A program made the translations under genes and the position numbers. The notes beneath the pieces are model-generated. The model had not been told where the DNA came from and did no database searches. It saw only the letters and a list, made by a program, of their open reading frames with translations. DNA of 58,664 bases, counting the filler, from Sphacelaria rigidula (Eukaryota): the NCBI GenBank assembly GCA_964200075.2. It is 4 parts of 4 records of this genome, joined end to end, with 100 filler letters (N's around TTAATTAATTAA, not from the genome) between each part and the next. Parts side by side here need not be neighbours in the genome. Positions count along the whole stretch, not along the records: positions 1 to 14,593 come from CAXNAA020002156.1; 3 more parts are not named here. One strand, written 5' to 3'. Positions within the stretch are counted from its first letter, which is position 1. Each line of letters begins with the position of its first letter. Positions 1-13,060 of the stretch are shown in pieces.

Positions 1-76
1 ATCCCAGGTCGCTCCGGGAATCGAACCCCACAACTCAACCGTCAGAAGGTTACTAGTTTACCAACTGAGCCACCGT
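1..76 (-). mobile_element. tRNA-derived SINE head (family 2), cut by the window edge
   Basis: Reverse complement has A-box TGGCTCAGTTGG, anticodon-like arm TAACC-TTCTGAC-GGTTG (CTG) and B-box GGTTCGATTCC. D and acceptor stems are poor. Second copy at 34717-34800. Confidence 0.65.
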
Positions 77-615
77 AGACAGCGAATTAGTCCAATTTAG
101 TCCATCAGAACCGGAACAAAAGCGGTCATTTTGACAACCGTAGTCATAATAGTCGAAATGAGCATTCCGCGCCTCTCGGGCATCGTGCACGGCTCATAGT
201 TTTCCGCGGGAAACTTCCGAACACACATAGTTCACTCCGTGAGCTTCTCCGATCCTTTGCGTCCAGACCCCCTCCCCCCCCGCAAGCACTGGAAACCCCC
301 AGATGTCTCAGGGCTGCCAGCTTGTAAAACTGTTGTGAGGTGACGCTTGTTGTCAAAGGGTTGTCGCCTTTTTCGGGAAAATTTCAGATTTCTGAAAAAA
401 ATGTGAAAAAGAGTCCAATGCTAGATTTCCGAGAGTAAATAAGCTGATTGTAAAATAGACACAGTCTCGACTGTCGAGCATAGTGGTGTACCTCGTGACT
501 CGTGATCACCGTGTCTAAACAACTTCGAGGTCGGGGGGGGGGGGGCGAAGCCGCGCCTTCTTGTCGTTGGTTGATTGTCACACGTCAACTGATCCGCACC
601 CAACCGTGGTCGTTA

Positions 616-984
616 CACACACGGCCATTTGGCTACCCCTATAGAAATCCTCTATCGCGATTTTCATCCTCTCGAGAGTAAAATACCCTCCAGAGGATAT
701 TTCATCCCCAGGTGCGGTCATAAACGATTCCTCCGGAGGGTATCTGATACCTTAGTGACTTCTGAGTTTTGAATCCCTCGAGAGTAACAAGAAGCATACA
801 TGGTGCTCTGGAGGATCGCGAATCCTCCGAATTCCTCCCGAGGGATGCGAGGCATGACAAGCCTCCGGAGGCGTTTGATCCCACCCTTCTGGAGGGGCGC
901 GCACCCTCTGGAGGCGTTTAATTCCGGCTCGAAAAGTTGACCGGAACAGAGTATATTCGGGGGGTGGCCGAATGGCCGGGTGTG
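616..984. mobile_element. MITE with 24-bp TIRs and TA target duplication (Tc1/mariner-like)
   Basis: CACACACGGCCATTTGGCTACCCC at 616 vs reverse complement of 961-984 CACACCCGGCCATTCGGCCACCCC (21/24). TA on both flanks (614-615, 985-986). Interior has repeated CCTCCGGAGG-like palindromes. Confidence 0.75.
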
Positions 985-3328
985 TATCCCGAAGATGGAC
1001 ATACTCGAGATGAGAACAAAATGTGTACACTCTCGCTGAAGGAAGGAGAAGCAAAACAAAAAGGTGGAGCAGAGAATACCAAGAAAAGAAACGAAGAAAG
1101 AAGGAACAAAACAAAACGAAGAACGGGAAAAAAAAAGACGAAGAAAACAGAAATGACCGGACCCTACGTCATGAGTTCGTAGCGTACCTGCAAACTCTCG
1201 TAAAAAAACCGTTCAAAAGGAACGAACGTGCACTGAGTCAATTCTCAACTAGACACGGCCCACAGAAGGAGGGGAGGAGCAATGTTCTAGTTGAACCACA
1301 CAACGACTTCTTCGTTTTTTGCCGACACCAACAAGCCGCGTGCAGTATCACCACTCAACCACGGGAGGATTTACACTTGCAAGTGATCACGCCTCTGCTG
1401 GAAGTGTGGCTAGAGGTGTGAGAATTGAAGGGCGCCTTTGGAGGAAACGTTGTATTCGTTGATACCAGCCATACAGCTGAGACACGTGGTTCGAAGCGAC
1501 AAACATGTACTTCAAAATTCGTCAGGAGGACAGTTCACTGGCGAGGCAGGGGAGCTCATGTTCGAGTATCGTGAGTATAATTACTGCCTGTTCAGCTATC
1601 CTTGGACAGACGATTGACGTCTTTCGGCACAGCTCCTTCATTTACGAGCTTCCCAGGACAGCTTTTGCTGACGTGCCATGAGTACCTCAATTGAAGAGTG
1701 CTGGCACACCCTATTTTGGTGTCGTAGGACAAGGGTGTTCATGTGGGTATGTAGTGATGTCAAGAGCCCGCGGTATGATACCCACCAGTCTATCTGAAGA
1801 TGGGCCCAAAGGAGGGGATGTACCTCGAGCTGGGACTAACCTTGATGAGTCACCTCAACCACAGGAATAAAACTGGGGGACGATATAGCGTTCAAATCGT
1901 TTTTAGCTATTCAAGCGAAGGATACGAAGTCTACAAAAATGGAATCAATGGACGGAGCGGATTAATCTCCATCCATTAGTACGGCGAAACCATGCGCATC
2001 GGCGACCTCGTCATGTGCGCGAAACAGCTGGAAAGTATGCGTGTACCAATATCAATATCGATACAAGAAACACTTGGAACTAGTGCTAATGGCCACGACA
2101 AAAAGTGAAATAAACAGTGCGTGTCAACTGCTTTGAGCTCGTAAAAACATGAATGCGATACAACGACGCTTACTCACACTCAGGCGGAACCAGATAACAT
2201 GAGGTTCAAGAACAACTGTGAACATAAACGCCGTATCAGGGGTACTGACCGATTATGTACACACCCGTACAGCCATGATAGCAAAACGACGCCGGCGCTG
2301 TGCAATCGAAGCAGATGGTCATGCCGCACTATCCATCAAGAAGGGTTGAGCCGCCCACTCGAACACGTGAGAGGTAGATGCGGCCGTGACTGCTTGGTGA
2401 CGGCGCCAGACTGCGCAAGTCTGGACTAACCGTTTGGACAATTCACGCGCTCAACAGGGTCTCCCGACGAAAACGTCAATATACTGGAACGCATGACCGC
2501 TGTGCCGACGGCCAAACAGCCAGCACAGCGCTTACCCGATGACGACTGCCTCTGCTTTTCACAGCGGGCACAACTGTGGCATATTCCTACTTCACCATAC
2601 ACACCCCGTTTCGTGTGTACACCATCAGCTGGTGAGCTGCCGTCGCAAGCGACGCGACGACCTACATATAACCCAAGACAAGAGTTGATCGCACCCTCAC
2701 CCATGACGCATGTTTCCCAACGTTTGCACACGCTCGCAGAAGACGCGACGGGGAACATGCCTCCAGAACGGGAAGCTGCAGAGCCATGTCTTCCCCACTA
2801 CACACGGGTGCCCTGAGTCACGCCAACGCTGTTGATACACTTGAATCCCCCTGTCACAATCATGGCTGACCTGAGAAATTGAAGACCCAATCTCTGCCGA
2901 GCTATTCCCATCCCCATCGACTGTCTTCTCAGACGCGAGGATTTAGAAGCAGGGCGATTTGCTTTTTATTAAGCTTGAAGCGAAGAGGGTTTCCTACATT
3001 TTTCCAACAACGACTTGTTTCTCGATCTACAGATCTACAGATAGGGTATAATTTTCTCGGCACCGTTGATGCACACGACATGACACCATCTCTCGAGCCA
3101 ACTCTAAACGACAACCAAGCAAAGGTACATAAACTAAAAGACGGGGACCGGAATACACAACCATCCCACCGCCACCAGCAGCGGAAGACAGACGGCAGAG
3201 AGAGGAGAGGGGGGAAGGGGGGGGGGGGGTTGATATTATTCTTGGTTTCTCCTGAGGGTCTNNNNNNNNNNAAAAAAAAAGAGAGGACGCGAAACAAAAA
3301 CCCCCCCCCCCCCCCGGAAGAGAGAGGG

Positions 3329-3377
<49 letters not shown>

Positions 3378-3424
3378 GTTGATATTATTCTTGGTTTCTC
3401 CTGAGAGTCTCGCTCACTCGCTGC

Positions 3425-5632
3425 TCATTCGTCGTTGTCGTCATCCATGTTGAGGGCCGAAAACTTGTTGTCGATTTTTTCAGTAGCCTGGCAAAACGAC
3501 AGAAAAAAGATAGGCAGCGGGGAAATAAAACGGAGAAAAATCTCTTTTGCGTCACTCAGTTCTCGTCAACTCGGAGTGTGCCGTGACTCTTGAAGCGCAC
3601 AGGTGATCCTCATCTGTGGCAAGGGCTAATGATCATCGTATATGGTTGCCAGCAATAGGCGTGGATACTCGTACCTATTCCACAAAAGGGGTAAATAACC
3701 ACAAGCATCAGTCAAGGAGTGAGCGTGACCTTTTGACGTTGACGACACAAGTACACAACTCCATTAACTCCATTGGCTTACAGACGACAACTTTCTGTTC
3801 AAAACGATCGATCTGGATCACCGCGATAAACACAAACATCCGCCAAATAAGGCGAGCCAGTAAAGGAGGGGCAAAAAGGGTGGGTGGCGACTAAGCAGAG
3901 TCGGCAAAGATTCACAAGAAAAATTTCAGCCAGAAGATCGCTGGCTTGAGCACCCAACACACGTGAAAGATGAATAAAAAAAAGACGCAAAAATATCCTC
4001 GCCGCTAGCCGGCGAAAAAGGTGGTGTCGGCAAATCTTTTCCTGCCACAGAAAAGCAAGCAGTTAGAGACTCAAATAGTGGAGGGGGTGATGTGAAAAGT
4101 ATCGTGCAGGATGGTGAATTACAACACGTCCTAGCCGAAGACCATCACCTTTTGATACAGGCATGGACCACCGTTGCCATGAAAAATCAAGGTTTGCTGG
4201 CTGCCTTTCTCGTCAAAGGTACAATTTTCAACCACGGTGTTTGGCCACGCCATACGTGGTACCGCGCAGATATCGGAACGGCTTTTAATGTGAAGACAAC
4301 AACAACAACAACAACATACGAAATACCTTCAACTCACTGTACAAATTTCACGGGCCGCTGAACTCATGACACAATTTCAATTACGGCCGTCGGCCATCGT
4401 GATAACCGGGTACTACGTTGATGTCATGGACTACATCAATCAACACGCAATGCAATCCTCCGTCCTTTTGTCGCCGTGAAACCAAGGCCAACTTGCCTCG
4501 GGGAGTCGCCGAGAAAGTTGAACGACACGATTTCTTCACACGCTACCAGATCCATTTGGACATCAACACGTGAGATTTAGTAAACAGATGACATTGCACT
4601 AACGATTCTAATCGTAGCAGACGTGAATTGAAGGCCGATCACGCTCCATGTGAAAACTAGTCATTTCTTTCTCAGCAAAGCGGAATACCCTCGCCGCACC
4701 TGTCCCTCCACCGCCGTAGTCACCCCTGCCGCAGTACCAGTCTTCACGGCCGTCTTTGCCGCTCCTCCAGTACCGCCAGCCACTTTCCCACCGGACGCCC
4801 AGCCGCCCGCGGACTTCGCCGAAAGCCATCCTTCCTCTCCCTCCTGCCCGGACGCCGGAGCCGGTTTGGCCGACGTCACGGGAGCACCAGGGGGTGGCAC
4901 GTCCGTGCCCGTAGCTGCGCTAGGCTTCGCCGTCGCCGCTGCCTTTCCCCCCTTGTCCGCAGCGGAGGCGGTCGGCGGCGGCGGTGGTGTTGCCGATGAC
5001 GGAGCGCCGCCCTTATCTCCCTTGTCGCCTTTTTCACCTCTCCCGCCGCCCCTTCCGCGCCCACCACCGCGCCCGCGCCCACCAGGGCTTCCCCGACCGC
5101 CTCGACCGCCAGCGGCACCCGAGGGGGAATCGGTGGCAGCGCCCGTCGCCTTGGAAGCAGCTGCCTTTGCTTTCTGAAGACAGAGCATGGGGGACGGGGG
5201 GGGGATTGTGGACAGGGGGGTGAGGGGTAAGAAGCAAGTGCAAACTCATTTAAGGGCGGTGAAATGACAGCTACAGCAGAAGGGTGCCCCATAATTTGAC
5301 GACTTACATTCTAAGTATGCATAAACACGCTTCACAGTAGCTTGCCTACAAAAAATTACGTTGGGTGCAGCGCTCAAGAAAATGTAGATGCCTGCACAGG
5401 TGGCATTACGTCTTTCACATGAAGACATGAAAAGGCGGGGAGGGGGACGTCCCTCGTTTCGTGTGTATGCGAGAGGGGGAGGGAGGGAGAAATGGTATAT
5501 ACGGAATGTAGAATGTTGGCTGACGAGGATAATATTTTCGGAGCACTCTAACCCGCGTGTATCATGTATTGAACGAGAATAAGAAGGCGCACTTCCCAAA
5601 ATGTGTCGTACACTGCGCTCGAGTCTCCACCT

Positions 5633-5671
<39 letters not shown>

Positions 5672-8600
5672 GCAAGCAACTCAAAGACATCGCCAACAGT
5701 GGCAGCGAAACAGGACGCAGCTCGGTAACAAAAACTCGTCCTGCGTGCCACACGTAGGAACAACGACCAGCAACAGCCAGCTTCACTCACCCCCCCTGCC
5801 CCCTGTTGGCTGTCATCCATGTGCAAGATGGTCGGTACGCTTCGGGCCGAACAATCTCAGTAGGATGCAGCTTACCCACCCTTCATGCGACTCGCCGAAC
5901 GCATCAGGGTGCTTCGCGCTTCGTGATTGATTGTGAGCATGTTCCAGCGAAAATCTGGCGTACTCCGTCCCGACTTTGTAGGGAATGGTCCAGTGACCAT
6001 GGCATGCAAGATCATGACTACACCCACGTTTGCCTCAACCTCGTCGACATCACTAACAAAGAAAACCATCCCTAAAAACAAGGCGTATCCAATTTCCACA
6101 GCAACATATTGCACTCAATATATCAAGAGGAGACATAACCTAACGCGTACCTCGTAAGCGAACTCATCGTGTGGCTTGCCCCCGCCGAAGATACTGGCCT
6201 TCTTAGCAGAAGCAGGAGCAGGGGCAGGACCGGTTCCTGGCGTGGCTGTCGCATTGATCGGCTTGGAACGCGGGGCCAGCTGGAGCCTCCGGCGCTCACC
6301 GGGCGGAGGGGCGTCACCAGGAGGCACGTCTGGACCGCCAGCACCAACGGGTCCGCCCCCGTCCACGCTGCCGCCGTGCCGATCATCCCTGGTGCGGGTG
6401 TACGGAAAGAAACAGGCCGGGGCAGCAATGTAACGGTTACGCTGCAGCTGAAGTATTTCAAGTGTGAGGCAACCAAGATCGCTTTGAAAAGCAGCAGCAG
6501 TGAAGCCGCGAGGACAACATTGCAAACACGTTGGCGTAGTTCACCCACACCTGAGGGATATTAACCGCGTACTCTGTAGGAGCCGGGTCAGTTCGGGGGT
6601 GCAGGGCCTACGGGAAAAGTACCGCAATCGTGAGTTGGCACAGGAGGAGCGTGCGTATATATACCATGCAGAGCTGGTGAGCGTCGGGCTTTTGAACAAA
6701 GAACCGCAAGTGATGTCGCGACACAAAAAAGCATAGACGAGAGCATCCTAGTTATCACTAAAGGAGGAAGCAAATGCTGATGAGATCAATTTCGGCCTTG
6801 TTCGCCGCGACGGTCAAGGCATTCGTACCGTGGCTCTGTCAACCCTCTATCGTGTTTTCCAGCATATGGACCCTCACGAAATCACGCAGCCGGGAAAGAT
6901 GGAGACTATTGATGGATGCGTCTATTAATAACTGATATCACACATAACACGTCGATTCTTCATCGACGACACTGTAAAGGATAATCGCGTGCTAGTGATG
7001 GAGTGAGGTAAGGACGGTGCGGGGGATACGGTAAGAGCTAGCACTGTACATACACTTAGCACTACTCTTGATTCAATCCGTACCAATTCCCCGAAAACGC
7101 AGGGGGGCCAGTCCAGCAGTACTTACCTTCGGCCGTCTCTCCCTCCATAGCGACTATCCCCCCCCCCCCCCCCTCCCGAATCTCTGCCCCCTCGGTAGCC
7201 ACCACCGCCGGCACCACCTCCGTACCCTTGAGCGTACTCATAGCCTCGGTGGTTCGAGTCGTAACTCCTGCGCATCATCGTCGCGATTTGCGGATGGATG
7301 GAACTCGAAGCTCAATCACTATTTTCTCCATCTTGTATCCTGTATCCTCACTACAAGAATGTAATCGGTGTTCTCCTACGCTTTGAAAGGCTGACGGGGA
7401 AAAACAAGCCTGTCCAAGTGAAAAAAAAAAAAAATCAAACCATGTTCGTCCTGAATCACTCGAAAGCGGTCGCCTCCCTCGTACGGTTCCCACCCACGAC
7501 GCGAGGGATAGACAAAAGGGACCAGGCGTCACACAATGTTTGTCTTTTCAAAATCGTGGTTGAAAAAAGCACATCTAACGTACATGCCACGGCGCCGTGT
7601 CTCGGTGTTTAGCACGGCATACGGATCATTCGAAACTTGCGTTCAACCTGCCATCACGTTTTATTCAGTCTACGCAATCACGCATGTGCTGACGACTCCA
7701 GTCCGTGGTCTGAACAATGACTACCGGTCACGGTTACAGCCCAGTTCCTACCTCCGGCCGTCCCTATCGCCCCCCGTTCCGTAGCCGCCCCTTGACCCGC
7801 CCCCCGATCCCCCACCGTAACGGTCACCTCCTTGCGGCTGGTCGTACCCTCTTCTGTGTGTATGATGATCGTTGTGCAGCAAACATGAATATTCGGAACA
7901 GAAAAGGATCGTCAGTATACCTGACGAGTTCTACGGCAAATGAAAAAACAGTTGAAAAAAGGCGTTTTTCAACAACACGTTTCCCAACAGGATTTTTTTT
8001 CGAGTAGCCCTTCTTATGTGATCGACGCTATCAAAGTCGGAGAAGCAGTGTTCATCGTTTCCTACAAGGCGTGTGGGAATAACTTTAGGTGCTGGGACGC
8101 TCGAGAGACAAACAGCACTTTGCTGTTGTGTGGTGGTGTACGGTCCGTACTGCCTGTACTACTTTACTATACGACGGAGCAATAAAGGGATACATGGGAT
8201 GACAACACACACAATACATGGTGAGCTGCATGATGCAAGACGATTAATAAGCGCACCTTCTTGCGGTCCTCACTGAATGTAGAACTGACGGTTGTGCTTT
8301 TTCGCTGCATGGTAGTACTTTACTACAGACTGTACGAACAGCACGGACAGTAGTACAGACAGTGCTGTATTGTATGCATTGAAAGTATGAAGAGTGCAGC
8401 AAAAAACACACTTGGACGACAGTCGACAAGGTGGGGTAGTGCTAATCCGATGCTAATCCAATCCTCTGCAATAAAACGTGAGGCAGATAACAGGGGGGAA
8501 ATGAGCTAATCCTCTCCCGCTAGAGACACTTCCCGAGGACGGGAGGGGCTCGAAGTATAACGACGATATATACACGATGAAGAGTATCTTGAAACCTCGC

Positions 8601-11230
8601 GTGTTTCGTTTGCGATGAAATTCGCGATGTGATTGGCAAGGGTGTCAGGTGCGAATGAACTATATTCATGATTTGGGGTGGGATGGACATGCCTCGCGCC
8701 TTTTATCCAAGCTATGGCACGTGGCGGAAGATGACATCTGTCACGACATCAATGTCGTTCGTGTCAACTCATCCGTATCCACCATTGTTTTGCGGTCGAC
8801 ACCTGGAGAAATCAGCGTTCCAAGTGTCACGACTTTCAACGATTCGTGTCGTTTTTGGTAGGGCTTATGACCCTCCCCCCCCCCAGTTTTGCTCCGTGTC
8901 GAAAGGGATGTGAGGTCAAACGGCTAAGGCAAGCAACAGATGAGGACACCCTCCCCTCCTGTTTTCGATGCTGGGGTCGGATTCCAGGAGATATCTTTAC
9001 AACATTTACAACCGAAGCCCCCATGATGAAAGGGAGTGCTCCCTGCACTGTTCTTGCGGTAGTAAATATTGTACACCTGAACAATGACAAAAAACGATTG
9101 AGCAAAAAAAGTGTACCGGGCCTTTTGTCTACAACTATTGCAATAGACGTTAGATTCGATACTCTATGCAGTACACGTTTTGCCAATGCAATCCATTGTC
9201 ATTGTCCAGGGTGTGAAAGCTTCTTACTGTACCAGCCAAATATGCACTAACATGAGCGCTCCGTGTCAAGCCCGATCACGTATAACGACACTTTCGATAC
9301 TCTAAAAGGACAACAGTACGTCATAGCTCGTACCCCGCAGCTGAATGATGCAATACACATATTCCATGTGCCCCGCTGATTGCGCATGTTAGGTAACTCA
9401 CAACACGGGGTGGCACCAAATGGAATACGCGAAATATCTAGATAGTTTGATGTGTCGTCAGTCTCTGCAGTTGTGCAAAGTAAGAAAATAACACCAGCTT
9501 CGGCGGAGAACAAAACACCCTTTCTTCTAGTAAAGCACGTGTACTGATTGATTGGTTGTGGTAAACTAACATCACCTGATCCCCGTGGGATGTATCCAGC
9601 AGTGGTCATTAGATACAAGACGAACCAAACGGAAACACTTGCCAAAAAAGTCAACAAGATTAAATACGAATACGATGGAGAGGAGGACAAGGATAGAACA
9701 AACGAAGTATACTGAGCAAAAAACTAGAGAAAACAAAGAACATAAAAAATGGGAGGGGGGGGGGGGATAGAGACCAAGGAAAGAAAAGGTGAATGAGAAT
9801 GTGAATAGTCAGCCCCATGAATATAATAAAAACAGTAAATGGTGACAGTATGTACAAATGAAAAACGCGATAAAACATACAACAAAAACAACCATCAAAA
9901 GAGTCACACGAGAAACGATGCAAACGGTCGCTGGTGAAGCAAGATATATTTCGGAGCAGTGCATGTGTGCTCACCTTCCTCCACTAAAGCCGCTGCTGCC
10001 GTATCCTCCGCCCCCTTCACGGTCGTACACAGTCAACAAGGAGAGAAATAGACGACGGGCGAAGTTAGAGAGTGCTACAAAACTCTACGAGCGTGGCATT
10101 TTAGGACGAACCAAAGGAACGAAGGTCAAGAGCCAAGAGCTGGGAAAAGACCCGACACCGATACCCACGATACACATCAGTGCCAAGACAGTAGGTACAC
10201 AAGCAGTAACCAGGAGCGAATCGGCGCATGGGGAGCGAGCACAAAGCACCGGTCGGCTCCGGCTCTGCTCACAGCTTAGCGACTTGCGCAGAAATGGGCC
10301 CGTAGCAACGTGGAGAAAGACTTTGCCATGGCAGACACATGCACTTATCTTGAGATAGCACCTTCAAGTTCACCCACGTGACCGCAGTGAAGATAACACA
10401 TCGACATTCCGGACGCTCTACCCCACGCCACTGTCATCTCTTCCCTCACCGGGAACCATGCGCACGCTAAATATCCACTCACCGCGTCGCCCGCCAGCCC
10501 TGTCACCGGGGCGCGCCTTGGCGACCTCCACTCGGATATTGCGCCCCCCAAGCGCGCCGTCGGCCATGGTCAGGGCGTGCACCAGGCCCTCCCTCTCACC
10601 GAAGGTCACGTACCCGAAGCCCTGGAGAATAAAAAAATGACAACATGGATATACGTAAATGCACTTACTGTTTGTTCGTTGCCCACCCCAAGGATACACT
10701 TCTTGGGTAGCGATGTAGGGTAAGTACTTCACGTGCAAATACCGTACGGCATGCCTGATTTCGTAATCTTGAACAAATCAGTAAAATATGACGGTCTAGG
10801 TTAACAACACGATCGATCCTCCATGGCATCGCACAATCCGTCGAGACAGCAAAATGGAACCGTGTAGGTTCGACGAGACAACAGCCATTTCACGTCTATA
10901 CTGACCCGGATAGCGGATAGCGGATAGCGGATAGCACTCTTGACCAAATTGAAAAACTGTTTTACGACTTCATTCCCTCTGCGAATAAACAGTGGACCGC
11001 CGTGCACCAGTGTGAAGACGGACATAACCTAGACAAAAATAAACACGTCCTAATCTCCTCCGCTACAGATGACCAACAGTTAACCCCTAAGCAAACGCAG
11101 ACGCTGTGCCCACCCTGGGATCTCCAGTATCGCGGTCTCTGACAAGGTAGATGTCGGTGACGCCGCACTGTTCGAAGAAGTGGGCGATGTCGTCCTCGTT
11201 CGCGCTATAGGGAAGGTTGCCCACGAGTGC
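3425..11230 (-). CDS. EIF4B: Eukaryotic translation initiation factor 4B-like RRM protein, 5'-incomplete; 8 exons
   Basis: Exons 11230-11114, 10621-10483, 10014-9975, 7853-7752, 7267-7127, 6388-6151, 5173-4700, 3487-3425, all GT-AG and phase-consistent (1314 nt including stop). RRM with RNP2 LVGNLPY and RNP1 RGFGYVTF. DRYG-rich middle, ERRRLQLAPRSKP and SIFGGGKP motifs (eIF4B/4H type), RGG tract, and C-terminus NKFSALNMDDDNDE* resembling the eIF4B KYAAL-acidic end. Start exon not resolved. Confidence 0.85.
5640..5669. repeat. (CTA)n microsatellite
   Basis: About 9 tandem CTA units in an eIF4B intron. Confidence 0.9.
5805..6028 (+). mobile_element. 5'-truncated copy of the abundant C-tract-associated repeat family
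   Basis: Aligns with 20060-20290 (CGCTTCGGGCCGAACAATCT...CCCTTCATGCGACTCGCCG...GGCATGCAAGATCATGA). Preceded by a C-rich tract. Confidence 0.8.
8430..8560 (+). mobile_element. Diverged 3' fragment of tRNA-SINE family 1
   Basis: GTGCTAATCC...AAAACGTGAGG...CCCGAGGACGGGAGGGG resembles the SINE body and tail at 12960-13060 and the reverse complement of 54150-54260. Confidence 0.45.
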
Positions 11231-12769
11231 CTGCAATGTAACGACGGTCGTAAGTAACACCAGACACCAAGCAAGTAATGATATACAGCACGTAACGCAG
11301 CTAGTGCTTGTTGCATTGTACTATACTGTAATGTGTAGTGCATCAGACGTCCGACTCGTGGGCAGAATTTGCAAACCGAAGCTTCCACCTGGTTAAATAA
11401 ATCAGAGAAGCACATTACAAGACAAAACCCGGGAGGCACATGGCCCCTCCCGACTACAGTGCACATGTGCACGTGCGTCAAGGTTCAAGCACGCAACAAC
11501 ACCAGCAGCAAGCACAGACTTGATAATTAATCCCTTCTCGGAGAATTAGTCGTTTTCTAGTGACTCGACGTACATATGCCGATGGCATGTTTGTAACTTG
11601 ATTCGAGTGTACGAATGCTCCCGCAGTAAAGATACTCAAGCTCCGCCTTCAGCAGAATAACCCGTCGATCATCTAGGTGTGTCTCGTCAGCAGAATCGAC
11701 ACCATTTCCCTGGAAAATTTACAGAGTCTGGTTTCCACCTGGCAGCATTCAAAGGGTCAATACGCCAATACATACATACCGTATCCATGCAGTAGGCAGG
11801 GTTGCCGACGACTCGCCGACTCCCCGCCGAACGAGCAAGAGACAAAGGAACGACTAAAATTTGGTATAAACGTGTGTCGCCAGTAGTCCCGTTCACACTC
11901 ACACGACGAATATGGTCATGTTCTACTTGCTGGGTATTGAATCTTCATCACCGTCACTTTCCGTTTGAGTGGATCAATCATCAACAACAGCGGCTCGTTT
12001 CGCTTCGCGCGAAAAAAAACGAAGTAACACTGGTTCCGTACAGCACAATAAGAGAGAAAGCTGTGGTAGATGACACCCAAGAGACTAGACGTGGGACTCA
12101 AGGGGGGACTTAGGGTGCTCATACCGATAAATGTACCTCGTGTGAATATTGAATATTGCCCGGAGGAAATAACAGCGACATGAGAAAAAGCTTGGCTACG
12201 AGCTAGACGAGTCCCCCAACAGCCCCCCTCTTGTAATGCATGTCTGCCTCAAAGCACACAAAGACAGAGCTGCCGCGGCCGTCAACTTGCCCATGCCATG
12301 CGTCAAGTCAATGGGCTGTGCCAAATTGGCCGGGATCCATCGTCACAGTGGAATTAATGAACCGACACGAGTCTCAGCAAGTGGCCTCGGATAAAACATA
12401 CAACGGGCCGAAACCTTACTCATGATGAGTACGATGATGAGTCGGTGAGCTCAGATGTTGCGTTTAACCCGTTTACCGCGAACCCCCGGAGGATATCCCC
12501 ATAAACTATGCTACCTATGGGGTTAAGAACAGCTGTTTTTTCGAAAGATAAAACGCCATCTTTTATGAACATGTGCATGTTGGGCTCACAGAGATAGATT
12601 GGTCTCGCAGAACCCCTGAACGGTTTTGACCTGCAAGTCAAGTGCATGCAGAGTCGGTACGTATATCTTTGCTGAGCAGTCTTCAGTTTTCGTGGGGTAC
12701 ATCCTCCATGGTGACCTTGCACGCATGTTGCATCGCCTCAACTGCACTTCCTTATTTCATGTCTTTGCG

Positions 12770-13060
12770 CGCAGGTAGTGCAATGGTCCGACTGTCCATC
12801 ATTCTGACGGTGGAGAGAGCGTGGGTTCAATTCCCGATGCACGGGGTTTATTCTTCTGTTTCTTTCTTCCAAGTATCTGACTTTCACCGTCGAAAGCGCC
12901 AGTACGTGAGGAAAAAAAACGTTTTCGACTGAGTTGGTTTGACAAGAGTTGACGCGGTGTGGGAGTGCTGACCCAATCCACGAGATGAAAACGCAAGGTG
13001 TGTGCCGAGGAGAGATGGGTTGATCCCTTGAGGCCACGTATTCATCCCGAGGAGGGAGGG
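12770..13060 (+). mobile_element. tRNA-derived SINE (family 1), near full length
   Basis: A-box-like TAGTGCAATGG, TTCTGAC loop, B-box GGTTCAATTCC. Body GAGTTGACGCGGTGTGGGAGTGCTGACCCAATCCAC...GAGAGATGGGTT is shared with 54150-54400 (minus). Confidence 0.75.

Noticed and set aside
4650..5177. 175-aa Pro-rich plus-strand ORF
   Set aside because: Antisense shadow of the GC-rich eIF4B exon 5173-4700.
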